From: an uncultured Gammaproteobacteria bacterium
Lineage (GTDB): Bacteria; Patescibacteriota; Patescibacteriia; Veblenbacterales; UBA10138
DNA: 64,000 nucleotides
NCBI GenBank assembly: GCA_964453605.1
Contig: CAYVOI010000001.1
Location: 548,095 to 612,094 of the forward strand
Reading direction: 5' to 3'
The notes beneath the pieces are model-generated. The model was not told the DNA's origin. It searched no databases and saw only the letters and a program-made list of their open reading frames with translations. Below are positions 26,779 through 37,732 of the stretch, piece by piece (the first letter of the stretch is position 1; every line of letters starts with the position of its first letter). The translations under genes and the position numbers were made by a program.

Positions 26779-29700
26779 CTAGTGGGCTTGGTGATTGCCC
26801 TTATCAAGGTTCTTGGCCGACACCCGAAGTACAACTGTGGAACCAACTTTGATTTCGTAGCTGGCGGTATCTTTCGTACCAGGTTCACCAAAATCGGTGA
26901 AGACAAAGCTAATGGTAGCACCTGGAACGCCATTGTAACTGCCAACCCCAGTTGCGGTGTAGGTATTGAAACCATTAGCCGTACTCTTTGGTGGCGCGGG
27001 GTTACCGGTCTTAGTGCAGGTAACTGAAGTTAAGCTATCGAGGTGGAACCGCTGAGCGTTACCCGTTTTATCGTTCCAATTAATCTCCAGGTTGTTCGGG
27101 TTCTGGGTCAAATCGCAGTGTAGCTCAAACCCATGGGTAACCCGTACACCCCCGAGCGGCAGGTCAGTTCCGGTTTTGGCAGTGAATATGCTGCCACCAC
27201 CAGTCATCCGCCGAGCAATGATTTTAACGGTAATAGAGCCGGCCTCGCTGGTTACGCCGTTGGCTGGGGTGATGTCAGTGCCGAACGAGTCGGTGCCGTG
27301 ACCAGCTACGTTGAAGGTGGTGTCGGTGCTGATTACCACCGTACAGGTCCAAGTCCAGGTCTCACCTACGTCCATGATACCGTTACCGTTGGTATCACCA
27401 CTCTGGTAGGCGCAAATGCCAGCTGGAGTGCTCGACGTTTTGGTCATGGTTTCGGTGTGGGCGCCGTAGGTCAGTACGACCGAAGGGTTAGTGAGTGGTA
27501 CCTGACCGTCGTTGGTGTCGGTAATGGTCAGGGTAACGTTCTCGCCAGGCGCAACTTCTTGCGGGTTAGAAGTTATCGAGATGGTGGTGTGTGGCTTCTT
27601 CAGAGCGTTGGTAATGGTCTTCGAAGCCGTTTGATTGGCAACCACAGTTACCCCGCCGCTACCGCTGACAGACCAGGCAATGCCTGGGTTAGCTTCAGTA
27701 ACCGTGTAGGTCCCAGGGATTAGCGGGCTCAGGTGGATGGTGGTAGGAGCTTGCAGCACACCATCAACCACGGTGAAGGTAATATTGTGACCCGAGGGGT
27801 ACGAAGGACCAGTGACCGTTATGGTGAAGGTTTGGTCAACATTCACCAAACCCGCGCTGGGGTACTGGCTTACATCCACGGCCTTGGTAACATCGAGTGC
27901 GCCAGCCACATAGAGCTTGTTAGCATTCGCACTGTCGCCCGACAGGCTGTCACCCGAGGCGCGGGTCAGGCTGACGCCGCCCACTGAGAAGGTGGTAGTA
28001 GCGTGAATGTCTACACTACCCGGAGTCGAGGAATTTATCTGCACCGAGCAGGAACCGCCCGTAGTGGTGCAGGTGTTGCTACCGCTGGTGGGGATGAAGT
28101 CAGCACCGGCGGTGTTGTTGAGCAAGGTGAAGGTTACCAAGGTACCGTTCGGAGCCGGCACCCAGCCGCTACCCGCGTTCTGCGACACCGTAGCAGTAAT
28201 GGTGTGGGGGCTGCCGATGTTGTTGGTGGCGGTCAACGGTGAGAGGACTATCTTGGCGTCCACGTAGGTCTTAGTCGCTGGGCCACTGTTGCCAGCCGTA
28301 CCGTTAGTTTGCAGCTTGAAGGTTACGCCGTTCACCACTACCTGTGAACGAGCGGTAACCGTGAACACACCGGCAGTTGAGGAGTTCAGGGTAACGCTGC
28401 ACTGCCCCGCGGCATTCACGCCGTCGGTACAATCAGACGCGTCGAAGCTGGTTGGTGTGGGGCTCACTATGGCGTTCGCCAAGGTGCCAGCGGGCACGGG
28501 GCCGAAGCCGCTCCCGGTGTCCTGCTCAACCGTTACCGTAAAGGTGTGCTGGTGGCCAACTTCGTTGGTAGCAGAGCCTGGGGTAATGGAGATGCGGGCG
28601 TTTACGTACGTTTTTTGTGCAGCAGCGCTGTCACCCGACAAACCGTCGCCTGTCGCGCGGGTCAGGCTGACGCCGCCCACCGAGAAGGTGGTAGTAGCAT
28701 CAACCGTGTTGCTGCCAGTACTGGTTGACGTGATGGTGATAGAACACAGGCCACTGGCATTGGTAACGCATGAGCTTGGCCCCACAAACGTGGCTGAGCC
28801 TGACGTAATGGAGAAGTTCACGGTTACGCCCGCGGCGTCAGTTACGCCGCTACCGTCGTTCTTGGTAACATGGGCCGTAATAACGTGGTTCTGCCCCACG
28901 GCGTTGGTCGCGGTCAGAGGCGACAGGGTTATGGAGGCATCCGCCCAGGTCTTGTGCGTATCACCGCTATCACCCGACAGGCCATCGCCAGTCGCTCGGG
29001 TAATAGAGACACCGCTCACGGTAATGGTGGTTGAGGCGTGCACTGTGCCAGTGCCAGCCGAAGTCGAATGGACAATGATAGTACACTGACCGTTAACATC
29101 CGTGGTGCCCGAGGTGCAGGTGCCACCAGAAATAGAGCCCGTACCAGTGATACCACTACTGACGGTTTCGCCCGCAGCCGCCACCAAGCCCGCACCATCA
29201 CCCAAATCTTTCTTAACGGTTACGGTAAAGGTGTGGTCGTGACCAACTTCGTTAGTACTATCACCAGTGATACTAATCTTGGCATCCACCCAGGTTTTGG
29301 TTGGCTTAGCGCTGTCGCCCGACAAACCGTCACCCAAAGCACGGGTGATAGATACACCACCCACCGATACCGTGGTCGAAGCGCTCACCGTACCCACGCC
29401 GGCGGTAGCTGAGTTTACGATAATCGTACACTGGCCGCTGGCATTGGTGGTACCCGTCTGACAGGTGCCCGTACCGGTGAGTGAGCCCGTACCGGTGATA
29501 CCGGGCGTCACGGTAGCGCCCGACACTGGGCCAAAGGTGCCGGTGCCGGGGTCGGAATTCACAGTTACCGTAAAGGTGTGAGGGTTACCGACTTCGTTGG
29601 TCGAGCTCTGATCGACGAGGATCTGCAGGTCGACGTAGGTCTTTTGTGCATCAACGCTGTCACCTGACAAGCCGTCACCGGTGGCGCGGGTCAGGCTGAC

Positions 29701-32700
29701 GCCGCCCACCGAGAAGGTGGTAGTAGCGTGGATGGTGTTAGCACCAGTGCCAGCGGCATTGATTTGCACCGTGCACTGTCCGCTGGCGTTGGTGACGCAG
29801 GTATTAACACCACCGACAAAGGTAGCGGTACCCGAAGTTACCGAGAAGGTAACGGTTACACCATTCGCGGGCACTGAGCCCGTACCTGGATTCTTAGTGA
29901 CCGTGGCAGTAATGGTGTGGGACTGGTTAACGGCGTTGGTGGCTTGGCCAGGGGTAATTTGAATGTTGGCGTCGACCCACGTCTTGGTAGCCGGGCCGCT
30001 GTTGCCGCTCAGGCCGTTGGTAGTGCGCGACATGGACACGCCGCCTACCGTAACGCTGGTAGAAGCGTTCACCACTGTTACACCAGCTACAGCCGAGTTC
30101 AGGTCAACGGTGCAGGAACCAGAGCCTGCGGCGGTTACACAGCTCGGGGCCGAAAGGCTACCTGGGCCTGAGGCAATAGAGAAGTTGATGGTGGTGCCAT
30201 CGGCGGCATTGGCCCAGCCCGAACCGTTGTTCACATCCACGTGACCGGTGAAGGTGTGAGCGTGGTTAACTTCGTTCGTGGCGTCCTGAGCAATAGAGAT
30301 CTTGGCGTCCACGTAGGTCTTGGTAGCGGGGCCGCTGTTCGGCGCACTGCCGTTGGTTTGCAGCTTAAAGGTAACGCCACCGACTATAATGGTTGAACGG
30401 GCGGTAATGGTGAAGACGCCGGCTGAGCTTGAGTTGATTGTTACCGTACACTCACCATTCACATCGGTGCCAGCGTTACAGTCGCTAACATTGAGACTCG
30501 CGGCCGGGCTTACGATGGCGTTCGCAATGGCGCCGTTTACTGGCTGGAAGCCAGAGCCATCGCCGTTGTCGGCCTCAACTTTCACGGTGTAATCGTGCGG
30601 CTTGCCAACCTCGTTAGTGGCGCTCGGCGGGTTGATGCTAATGCGTGCGTTCACCCACGTCTTGGTGGCCTGGGCGCTGTCGCCCGAGAGATTATCGCCC
30701 AAAGCTCGGGTAACCGACACGCCGCCCATGGTAACCGTGGTGGTAGCGCTCACCGTGCCAACGCCAGTCGTGGCTGAGTTTACAATAATGGTGCACTGGC
30801 CGGAAACGTCGGTAGTGCCAGTTTCACACGTACCAGCGCCCGTGAGCGAACCAGCGCCCGTGATACCTGGGGTAACGGTCTCACCAGCTGCGGCTACCCA
30901 GCCTGTGCCGGGGTTCTTCATCACGGTAACCGTAAAGGTGTGGCTATTACCAACCGCGTTGGTGCTATTCTGGTCAATGGATATCTTCGCATCTACGTAC
31001 GTCTTGGTGGCAGGGCCGCTGTTGTCGCCCTGGCCGTTGGTCTGGAGCTTGAACTGTACGCCGCTCACCACTACGGTGGAGCGAGCAATAATGGTGAACA
31101 CGCCAGCTGAGCTGGAGTTTACCACCACGTCACACTGGCCGTTTACATCCGTACCGGCGTTACAGTCGCTAACGTTTAGGCTAGTGGCGGGAGTTACCAC
31201 GGCGTTAGCAATGGCGCCCTGAATCGGCGTCCAGCCGCTGCCGGTGTCCTGCTCAACCGTTACGGTAAAGGTGTGGGACTGACCGACTTCGTTGGTGGAA
31301 GCCTGCGGAGCAATACTAATGCGCGCATTGACCACGCCAAAGGGTTCGCAATCGGAATCATCCCCAAGGTAGTTGCTGTTGCCAGCTACGCTCGCACGGT
31401 AGGCGTACGAGCCAGTAGTAAGCGGCGAGCTGTCGGCCGACTTAGCTGCCGAACCTTCTGTACCGTTGTTCGCCACCGATGCGCCTTGAGAACAGCTGTC
31501 GCTGTAGGCGCTGGTCAGGGTGAAGGAAGGAGTGGGTACGGTGAACCCTGCCACGCCGCCGGTTACGGTAGCGGTGTCGTGGGTTACTGAGCCAACCGCC
31601 ACGCTGGTGCCGGTAATATCCTGGTGGGCGGCGTTGTGTACATTCGTAGTTACCGTGAGTTGCGCCTTGTTCACCGTGAACAGCTCACAAGCACCGGTAG
31701 CGCCCAGGTAGTTTTCGTTACCTGCTACCTCGCCGCGGTAGGCGTACGTGCCAGCGCCGAGCGCGGCACTGTCGGCCGACTTAGCTGCACTGCCTTCCGT
31801 ACCATTGTTCGCTACCGCCGCACCTTGGGAACAGGTCTCAGTGTAGTTGCTGGTCAAGGTGAAGGTAGGAGTCGGCACCGGGAAGCCTGCTACGCCGCCG
31901 GTTACGGTGGCGGTGTCGTGCATTATCGAACCCAGCGGCACGCTCGCGTTCGTCTTGTCAGCGTGCGCAGCGTCGTGAACAATCGTTGAAACACTGAGCT
32001 GCGCCTTGTTTACCGTCAAAGGTTCGCAAGGAGCGGTTGAACTGTTGTAGTTGGCATCACCAGCGTACACAGCCTTGAACGAGTACTGGCCAGCCCCCAG
32101 CGGCCCTTCCGAGCTCGAGGGGTGAGCAATGCCCGAGGCGTCAACTGCCACTACACCAGCGCCGCTCCCCTGCCCTTCACAGGTGTTACCCGTGTAGAAG
32201 CTAAAGGTTACGTTGCCAGTTGGGATAATTGAACCAACCTGGCCGGTGAGTGTGGCCTTGTCGTGCACCGTGGTGCCAAGGTCTACCGAGGTCACTACGG
32301 CGTGGGTGGCATCGTGAATGTCGGTCGCAAGCTGGGTGTTAGCCTTGTTCACGTGCACGGTTTCACAAGCCGCCGTTGAGCCGTTGTAGTTACTGTCGCC
32401 CGAGTAGCTGGTGAGGAACGAGTAGTCGCCAGCCGCCAGGTTGTTGTGCGAGCTCGACTCGTTGCCCAGAGCCACGGTTTCGTCCGCGTGGGTGCCGGTA
32501 CAGTTGTTGCTGCTGTAGAACTTGTAGGTCAAGGTACCCGTGGGAGCGATGCTACCAACCTGGCCTGTAACGTCGGCCTTGTCGTGAATAGAAGAGTTGA
32601 GCGCGATGGAAGTACCCTGCACGTCAGCGGTGTGGTTGCTGCCCAGGTGAATGGCGGTAGAGGCTTGCGTGTCAGCCTTGCTTACCGTGAAGTGTTCACA

Positions 32701-35700
32701 CTCGCTAGTGCTGCCGGTGTAGTTGCTGTCGCCAGCCCAAGAAGCCTGGAAGGCGTGCGCGCCAGCCTGCAGCGCTGGGCTCGACTGCGAGGGGTGAGCT
32801 ACACCGGGGTTAGCGCCATTGAGGGCTATTGGGCTGCTGGAAACCGGTGTACCCGTACAGGTGTCGTTATTGTAGAAGTTAAAGGTGACGTTGCCAGTGG
32901 GGGCAAAACCGTCGCTCACCGTAACCATGGCTTTGTCGTGCATCACGGTACCAAGCGCTACTGCGTCGTTAACATTTACCACTGTTTCGTCAGCCTTGTG
33001 GAGCTCGGTGTTCACGCTGGAAGTGCCCTGGTTTACCGTAAGTGGCTCGCACGAGCTGGTGGAACCTAGGTAGTTGGCGTCGCCAGCCACGCTCGCCTGG
33101 AAGTTATAGCTGCCAGGGGCAAGCGCGCTGGTGTCAACCGAGCGCGGGCCGCCCGTGCCAGTGTCAGCACTGCCGGAAGTAGCAATAGCGCCCTGGCCGC
33201 AGGTAGCGCCAAAGGTGAAGGTTACCGCACCAGTTGGCGTAAAGCCGCCCACCTGGCCAGTAATGCTCGCCGTGTCGTGGACAATGGAGCCCACGGGCAC
33301 GCTCGTCACGCTGCCGTGGTTGGCGTTGTGAATGTCAGTAGAAATTTGGAGCTGAGCCTTATTCACGGTGAACGGTTCACAAGCGCCGGTGGCACCGTCG
33401 TAGTTACTGTCGCTCGCAACTTGCGCACGGTAGGCGTAAGCACCAGCACCAAGCGCAGCACTGTCAGCCGACTTAGTAGCCGAGCCTTCGGTGCCGTTGT
33501 TGGCAACCGCGCTACCTGCAGCGCAAGTGCCGGTGTAGCCGGAGGTCAGGGTAAAGCTTACAGCCGGAACTGGGAAGCCAGCTACACCGCCGGTTACGGT
33601 AGCGGTGTCGTGCATAATTGAACCCAAGGGGACGCTTCCGTTGGTCTTATCGGCATGGGAGGCGTCGTGAACGTTGGTAGTAATGCCGAGCTGAGCCTTG
33701 TTCACGTGGACCGTTTCACAAGCACCAACCGAGGAGTTGTAGGTGTTGTCACCTGAGTAGCTGGCCTTGAACGAGTAGTCCCCGGCGCCCAGAGGGCCCT
33801 GGGCAAAGCCAGTCGCGTCAACCACGCCACTAGTGAGTGCCAGCGCGCTTGAAGTAGCGGCAACGGTGTTGGCGCATGTACCGTTGGTCCAGTACTGGAA
33901 GGTTACCGTACCAGTTGGTGTGCCAGCGCTGCCCGTGACTGTGGCCTGGTCATGAATGGTGGAGCCCAGGGCAATGTTAGTACCCTGAACGTCAGTCGAG
34001 TGGTTGCTGCCGTTGTGAATAGCAGTAGTGGTAGTGGAGTTTACCTTGCTGATGGTAACCGGCTCAGCCGAGCAGCCTGAGGATGCTGGGTTGTTGTTGG
34101 CGTCGCCAGCGTAGTCAGCAGTCCAGTGCCAGGTACCAGAAACGTTAGCAGCAAAACCACCGGTAGTAGCGTACGGAGCGCTGGCGTCAACATCGGTGTA
34201 CGAAGCAGCACCCGAGCACGTAGCGTCGGCGGGTGGGAACAGCTTAAAGGTTACGCTGCCGGTGGGGTTAAACCCGCCCGAGAGCGTAGCAGTGTCGTTC
34301 AAAGTTGCACCCACGTTCCCGCTCGCCGGGTTAGGCGTGGTAGAAATGGTGGGTGAAGCCTTAGTCGTAGTAACCGTTTCAGCCGCACAGGGGCTGGTTA
34401 CCGTATTATTATTGCTGTCGCCGTTGTACGTAGCTATCCAGTGGTAGGTGCCAACGGCGTTGGTGGCAAAGCTGCCTGAGGTAGCCGAGCCAGCGGAGAG
34501 CGCGTTGGTGCTGGTAAATACCGCGGCCGAAGCACAGGTAGCATCCGCTACTCCGTAGAGGTTAAACGTTACCGTGCCCGTGGGGTTAAACCCGCCAGTT
34601 ACGCTCGCGTTGTCGCTTACCGAAACACCCACTACTCCACCAGCCGAGGGCGTGGTGTTAATGCTTGGAGTAACTTTGGTAACAGCCAAAGGCTCACAAA
34701 CGCCATCGCCAGCAACGTAGGTGCCATCGCCATTGTAATGTGCCTTGAACGAGTAGCTACCTACGGCTAAAGGCCCTTGGGGGAACCCGGTTGCATCTGC
34801 TGCACCGCTCGAGAGGGTAACGGGGCTTGACGTAGCTGCCGCCGGGGCCGTGCAGGTACCGTTAGTAAACCAACTGAATACAACGGTACCAGTTGGGGTA
34901 CCAGAACTACCAGTAACTGTTACTGAATCGTGCACCGTGGTGCCAGCCGGAACCGAGGTCACTACAACGTGCGAAGCGTTGTGAATGGCCGTGTTTACCG
35001 TAGGCGTGACCGAGATCACCGTGAACGGTTCACAAATGCCAGTAGCGTTGGTTACGCTTGAACCACCACTAATAAAATCAGCCTTGTAAGAGTAGCTGCC
35101 TACGCCAGGCGTGAACGTGGCGGATTCAGCTGTACCAGTTTGGGCACCGCTTGGCACAGCAACACCAGTTTGATCAGTTGGTGTGCCAGTACAGTCTATG
35201 GTCGTGTAGCGGTGGAAGGTAAAGGTACTGCCCGAAGGAATAGTAGTCGAGGCCGAACCAGTATCAACTGTGGCGTTGTCGTGAACAACTGTGCCACTAG
35301 CCACGGTTGTGTTGGTGATGTCGACGTGGCTCGCGTTATGTACGTGGGTTGTTACGGTCGGAGTTACTGGAGGAATAAACACTGCCCCAGCCGCCATCTG
35401 GTTGTCGAGGCTTCCACCAGATCCGTCAAACGTGTTCAAGTAAAAGTGGTACGGGCTTCCACTGACGCCAGTCGCACCTTTTCCGGCTCCCCAGCTGCGG
35501 CCGGTGCCATCGCCACCCAGGGCAATGTCTGCAGCAGCGCGCATCAAGGCGGCTGTACCATTCGACGTCCAAGTTAGGTTGTACCAAAGGTAGGTGTCAC
35601 CTGTGTCGGCACCGTTAGACACTGTGGTACAAGAAGCGCCCGTCTTATTACCACAGTGACCTTCGAGTGTGAGGGTAACGGCCGTTATTGCCGCGTCGGA

Positions 35701-36900
35701 GTACAGGTCAATGGTGCGGTTGCCAAAATGAACCTCATAAGCCGTTATCCTAGTTTGCGTGCTGCCATCCTGACTTACAAACGCATCATCTGGTACGGAC
35801 GGTGATACGTGGTTGGAGCCAGTCTGTGAGTTGAGTGAAGCGCAGGTTGCGTTGTTAGGGCCCGTTCCACCGGTACATGGGTTTAAAGTCGTCGTTATAC
35901 CATCTTCGGCAGCAGCTTGAATAGCTTGTGCGTCAGAAACAATCCAGTCATATGCGTGGTTTCCACCTTTCGTAGTTTGGACACCAAAGCGCAATATGTG
36001 CGTCCCTGCCCCCAAGCCAGTGATCACCACCTCTTGGTGGGTGGCCATGCCTTCGAACAGAGAATTATGAGCCGCCGTCAGGTTTCCGCTTGTCCAACCA
36101 CAGTTACCTAAGGTTCCCGTCTTATTATTTTCACACTGGTTCCACATTACAACACTGGAGTCTGTAAATGTGGTTTGGGCCAGTATAGCTCCGCCCTGGG
36201 AGTCAGAAGCGGTCACCATGTAGTTGGGGCGGTACACACCATCGAGCTGGTACTGGTAGCTAAAGTCACCATTAGCATCAGAGGTTACCGTATCAGTATG
36301 CGTTACCTGGCTTGAGCCATCGGGGAAGCCACCGACAATTTTCAAAACAAAACTCGTGAACGACTGAAAGAACTTACCAAAAATGGTCACCAAGTCGGTT
36401 GGCGCGTAGTCAGGCTTGTCGGTTGAAAGCTGCGGGGCGGGCGCTGGAGTAGTATCGGCCGCAGGAGTTGCCGCTGTGGTGTCTGTGGTTACCGTCGTAT
36501 CGGCAGTTGCAGAAACATCGCTCGAGGTTGCAGCTACATCACCCACCGTCGGCGTGCCCGCGGCGCTGCTGGTGTCAGTGGTTACTGCCGGAGCGTCAGT
36601 GGAAGTGGACGAGGTGTCAGCCGGAGCAGCTGCCGTGTCCACGGTTGGGGTGGACGAGCTGGTGTCGGTGGTAACAGTATCAGCTGGCGTGGTGACAGCG
36701 GCACTCGACGTGTCAGGTGCAGCCGTGCTGTCGGACGGCGTGCTGCTAGAAGTGTCAGTGGTCGTCTGCACTACAGCTGGCGCGTCGGGCGCAGCCGCTG
36801 CTGTATCAGCCAACACTGGTCCAGCCACGTAGAGCAGCTGGGTAGCGACAACAACACCAGTAAACCAGGTGCGCACCGCTCTTGAGGGTGTGTAAGACAT
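26779..36900 (-). CDS. Giant (3373 aa) secreted adhesin with tandem Ig-like repeats
   Basis: Signal peptide and T/D/A/S-rich linker; Big_3-like repeats (VHD.ATV.G...PTG.VTF...Y.GD.NY) then Big_1-like repeats (TNEVG..HTFTVTV); C-terminal TGGG..HGFELHC domain. Confidence 0.9.
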   Translation of the reverse strand: MSYTPSRAVRTWFTGVVVATQLLYVAGPVLADTAAAAPDAPAVVQTTTDTSSSTPSDSTAAPDTSSAAVTTPADTVTTDTSSSTPTVDTAAAPADTSSTSTDAPAVTTDTSSAAGTPTVGDVAATSSDVSATADTTVTTDTTAATPAADTTPAPAPQLSTDKPDYAPTDLVTIFGKFFQSFTSFVLKIVGGFPDGSSQVTHTDTVTSDANGDFSYQYQLDGVYRPNYMVTASDSQGGAILAQTTFTDSSVVMWNQCENNKTGTLGNCGWTSGNLTAAHNSLFEGMATHQEVVITGLGAGTHILRFGVQTTKGGNHAYDWIVSDAQAIQAAAEDGITTTLNPCTGGTGPNNATCASLNSQTGSNHVSPSVPDDAFVSQDGSTQTRITAYEVHFGNRTIDLYSDAAITAVTLTLEGHCGNKTGASCTTVSNGADTGDTYLWYNLTWTSNGTAALMRAAADIALGGDGTGRSWGAGKGATGVSGSPYHFYLNTFDGSGGSLDNQMAAGAVFIPPVTPTVTTHVHNASHVDITNTTVASGTVVHDNATVDTGSASTTIPSGSTFTFHRYTTIDCTGTPTDQTGVAVPSGAQTGTAESATFTPGVGSYSYKADFISGGSSVTNATGICEPFTVISVTPTVNTAIHNASHVVVTSVPAGTTVHDSVTVTGSSGTPTGTVVFSWFTNGTCTAPAAATSSPVTLSSGAADATGFPQGPLAVGSYSFKAHYNGDGTYVAGDGVCEPLAVTKVTPSINTTPSAGGVVGVSVSDNASVTGGFNPTGTVTFNLYGVADATCASAAVFTSTNALSAGSATSGSFATNAVGTYHWIATYNGDSNNNTVTSPCAAETVTTTKASPTISTTPNPASGNVGATLNDTATLSGGFNPTGSVTFKLFPPADATCSGAASYTDVDASAPYATTGGFAANVSGTWHWTADYAGDANNNPASSGCSAEPVTISKVNSTTTTAIHNGSNHSTDVQGTNIALGSTIHDQATVTGSAGTPTGTVTFQYWTNGTCANTVAATSSALALTSGVVDATGFAQGPLGAGDYSFKASYSGDNTYNSSVGACETVHVNKAQLGITTNVHDASHADKTNGSVPLGSIMHDTATVTGGVAGFPVPAVSFTLTSGYTGTCAAGSAVANNGTEGSATKSADSAALGAGAYAYRAQVASDSNYDGATGACEPFTVNKAQLQISTDIHNANHGSVTSVPVGSIVHDTASITGQVGGFTPTGAVTFTFGATCGQGAIATSGSADTGTGGPRSVDTSALAPGSYNFQASVAGDANYLGSTSSCEPLTVNQGTSSVNTELHKADETVVNVNDAVALGTVMHDKAMVTVSDGFAPTGNVTFNFYNNDTCTGTPVSSSPIALNGANPGVAHPSQSSPALQAGAHAFQASWAGDSNYTGSTSECEHFTVSKADTQASTAIHLGSNHTADVQGTSIALNSSIHDKADVTGQVGSIAPTGTLTYKFYSSNNCTGTHADETVALGNESSSHNNLAAGDYSFLTSYSGDSNYNGSTAACETVHVNKANTQLATDIHDATHAVVTSVDLGTTVHDKATLTGQVGSIIPTGNVTFSFYTGNTCEGQGSGAGVVAVDASGIAHPSSSEGPLGAGQYSFKAVYAGDANYNSSTAPCEPLTVNKAQLSVSTIVHDAAHADKTNASVPLGSIMHDTATVTGGVAGFPVPTPTFTLTSNYTETCSQGAAVANNGTEGSAAKSADSAALGAGTYAYRGEVAGNENYLGATGACELFTVNKAQLTVTTNVHNAAHQDITGTSVAVGSVTHDTATVTGGVAGFTVPTPSFTLTSAYSDSCSQGASVANNGTEGSAAKSADSSPLTTGSYAYRASVAGNSNYLGDDSDCEPFGVVNARISIAPQASTNEVGQSHTFTVTVEQDTGSGWTPIQGAIANAVVTPATSLNVSDCNAGTDVNGQCDVVVNSSSAGVFTIIARSTVVVSGVQFKLQTNGQGDNSGPATKTYVDAKISIDQNSTNAVGNSHTFTVTVMKNPGTGWVAAAGETVTPGITGAGSLTGAGTCETGTTDVSGQCTIIVNSATTGVGTVSATTTVTMGGVSVTRALGDNLSGDSAQATKTWVNARISINPPSATNEVGKPHDYTVKVEADNGDGSGFQPVNGAIANAIVSPAASLNVSDCNAGTDVNGECTVTINSSSAGVFTITARSTIIVGGVTFKLQTNGSAPNSGPATKTYVDAKISIAQDATNEVNHAHTFTGHVDVNNGSGWANAADGTTINFSIASGPGSLSAPSCVTAAGSGSCTVDLNSAVAGVTVVNASTSVTVGGVSMSRTTNGLSGNSGPATKTWVDANIQITPGQATNAVNQSHTITATVTKNPGTGSVPANGVTVTFSVTSGTATFVGGVNTCVTNASGQCTVQINAAGTGANTIHATTTFSVGGVSLTRATGDGLSGDSVDAQKTYVDLQILVDQSSTNEVGNPHTFTVTVNSDPGTGTFGPVSGATVTPGITGTGSLTGTGTCQTGTTNASGQCTIIVNSATAGVGTVSASTTVSVGGVSITRALGDGLSGDSAKPTKTWVDAKISITGDSTNEVGHDHTFTVTVKKDLGDGAGLVAAAGETVSSGITGTGSISGGTCTSGTTDVNGQCTIIVHSTSAGTGTVHASTTITVSGVSITRATGDGLSGDSGDTHKTWADASITLSPLTATNAVGQNHVITAHVTKNDGSGVTDAAGVTVNFSITSGSATFVGPSSCVTNASGLCSITITSTSTGSNTVDATTTFSVGGVSLTRATGDGLSGDSAAAQKTYVNARISITPGSATNEVGHQHTFTVTVEQDTGSGFGPVPAGTLANAIVSPTPTSFDASDCTDGVNAAGQCSVTLNSSTAGVFTVTARSQVVVNGVTFKLQTNGTAGNSGPATKTYVDAKIVLSPLTATNNIGSPHTITATVSQNAGSGWVPAPNGTLVTFTLLNNTAGADFIPTSGSNTCTTTGGSCSVQINSSTPGSVDIHATTTFSVGGVSLTRASGDSLSGDSANANKLYVAGALDVTKAVDVSQYPSAGLVNVDQTFTITVTGPSYPSGHNITFTVVDGVLQAPTTIHLSPLIPGTYTVTEANPGIAWSVSGSGGVTVVANQTASKTITNALKKPHTTISITSNPQEVAPGENVTLTITDTNDGQVPLTNPSVVLTYGAHTETMTKTSSTPAGICAYQSGDTNGNGIMDVGETWTWTCTVVISTDTTFNVAGHGTDSFGTDITPANGVTSEAGSITVKIIARRMTGGGSIFTAKTGTDLPLGGVRVTHGFELHCDLTQNPNNLEINWNDKTGNAQRFHLDSLTSVTCTKTGNPAPPKSTANGFNTYTATGVGSYNGVPGATISFVFTDFGEPGTKDTASYEIKVGSTVVLRVSAKNLDKGNHQAH

Positions 36901-37357
36901 AAACCTTTCGGTTAGAGTATAGATAAAGCTAAATTACTTTGGCTATTAATAAAGACGCTTCCCTAATTAAGGAAGCATGAAGAACAATAAAGCCAGACCC
37001 ACGGGGTGGGTAGTATGCGCACAACCTGGACATGTAGCGCCGTGTATAACCATTTCTTGCCTATATGGTTAGGGTTTAACCAAATAAATGTATTCCGTAA
37101 CCCCTCCAGGTCTGTACAAAATACCACCTATTCTTACCAGAAGTAAAGTTTTTGTCAATAGCACTTTTCAACAGCCTACAGCCCAACTGAATACCAAAGT
37201 TATTCAGTGCCTAAAAAACTCAAGCAGACAGGGGTACATAGTACAGACCCAAAAACTGCTTGACTTCTGCCTCTACTGCCTGGGTGGACCCTACCCTACT
37301 GCTTGGGTATAGGCTACTATAGAGGGCAGGTAACCTTAACACCTAACCCAAAAGCCT

Positions 37358-37672
37358 ATGTATACCTGGCTTAAGCTACACTGGCTCAGGCTTACCGCTG
37401 TGCTGTTCCTTATCGGCATTGTGGCGCAGCCCACCGATGTTGTGTACTACCAGCTTACAAACTGGTTTGTGACTGGAGCAGCTGTCACCATTGCCTGGCA
37501 AGCGCACCGACAGCGGCAGGAGTTCTATATGTGGCTCTACGCGCTGCTGGCGGTGTGCTTTAACCCGCTAGCGCCGCTCTACCTCCCGCAAGATACCTGG
37601 CGCCTAGCTGATATGGCCGCAGGTTTGTTCCTAGTCACCTCCATGTTTGTGGTACGAGCCAAGAAGATGTAG
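37358..37672 (+). CDS. Small membrane protein (DUF6804-like)
   Basis: YYQL..W.V, FNPLAP.YL and W...D pattern with 3-4 TM segments. Confidence 0.75.
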   Translation: MYTWLKLHWLRLTAVLFLIGIVAQPTDVVYYQLTNWFVTGAAVTIAWQAHRQRQEFYMWLYALLAVCFNPLAPLYLPQDTWRLADMAAGLFLVTSMFVVRAKKM

Positions 37673-37685
37673 AGAAAGTCTGTAT

Positions 37686-37722
37686 ACCAAAAGTCTCCCG
37701 CCTAAACGGGAGACTTTTGGTA
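37686..37722. terminator. Bidirectional terminator
   Basis: TACCAAAAGTCTCCCG-N6-CGGGAGACTTTTGGTA between convergent genes. Confidence 0.85.
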
Positions 37723-37732
37723 TTAAGTAACC

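Noticed and set aside
17601-36832. Many plus-strand ORFs of 60-270 aa within the adhesin genes
   Set aside because: Antisense shadows of Thr/Val/Gly-rich repetitive coding sequence with no recognisable motifs.
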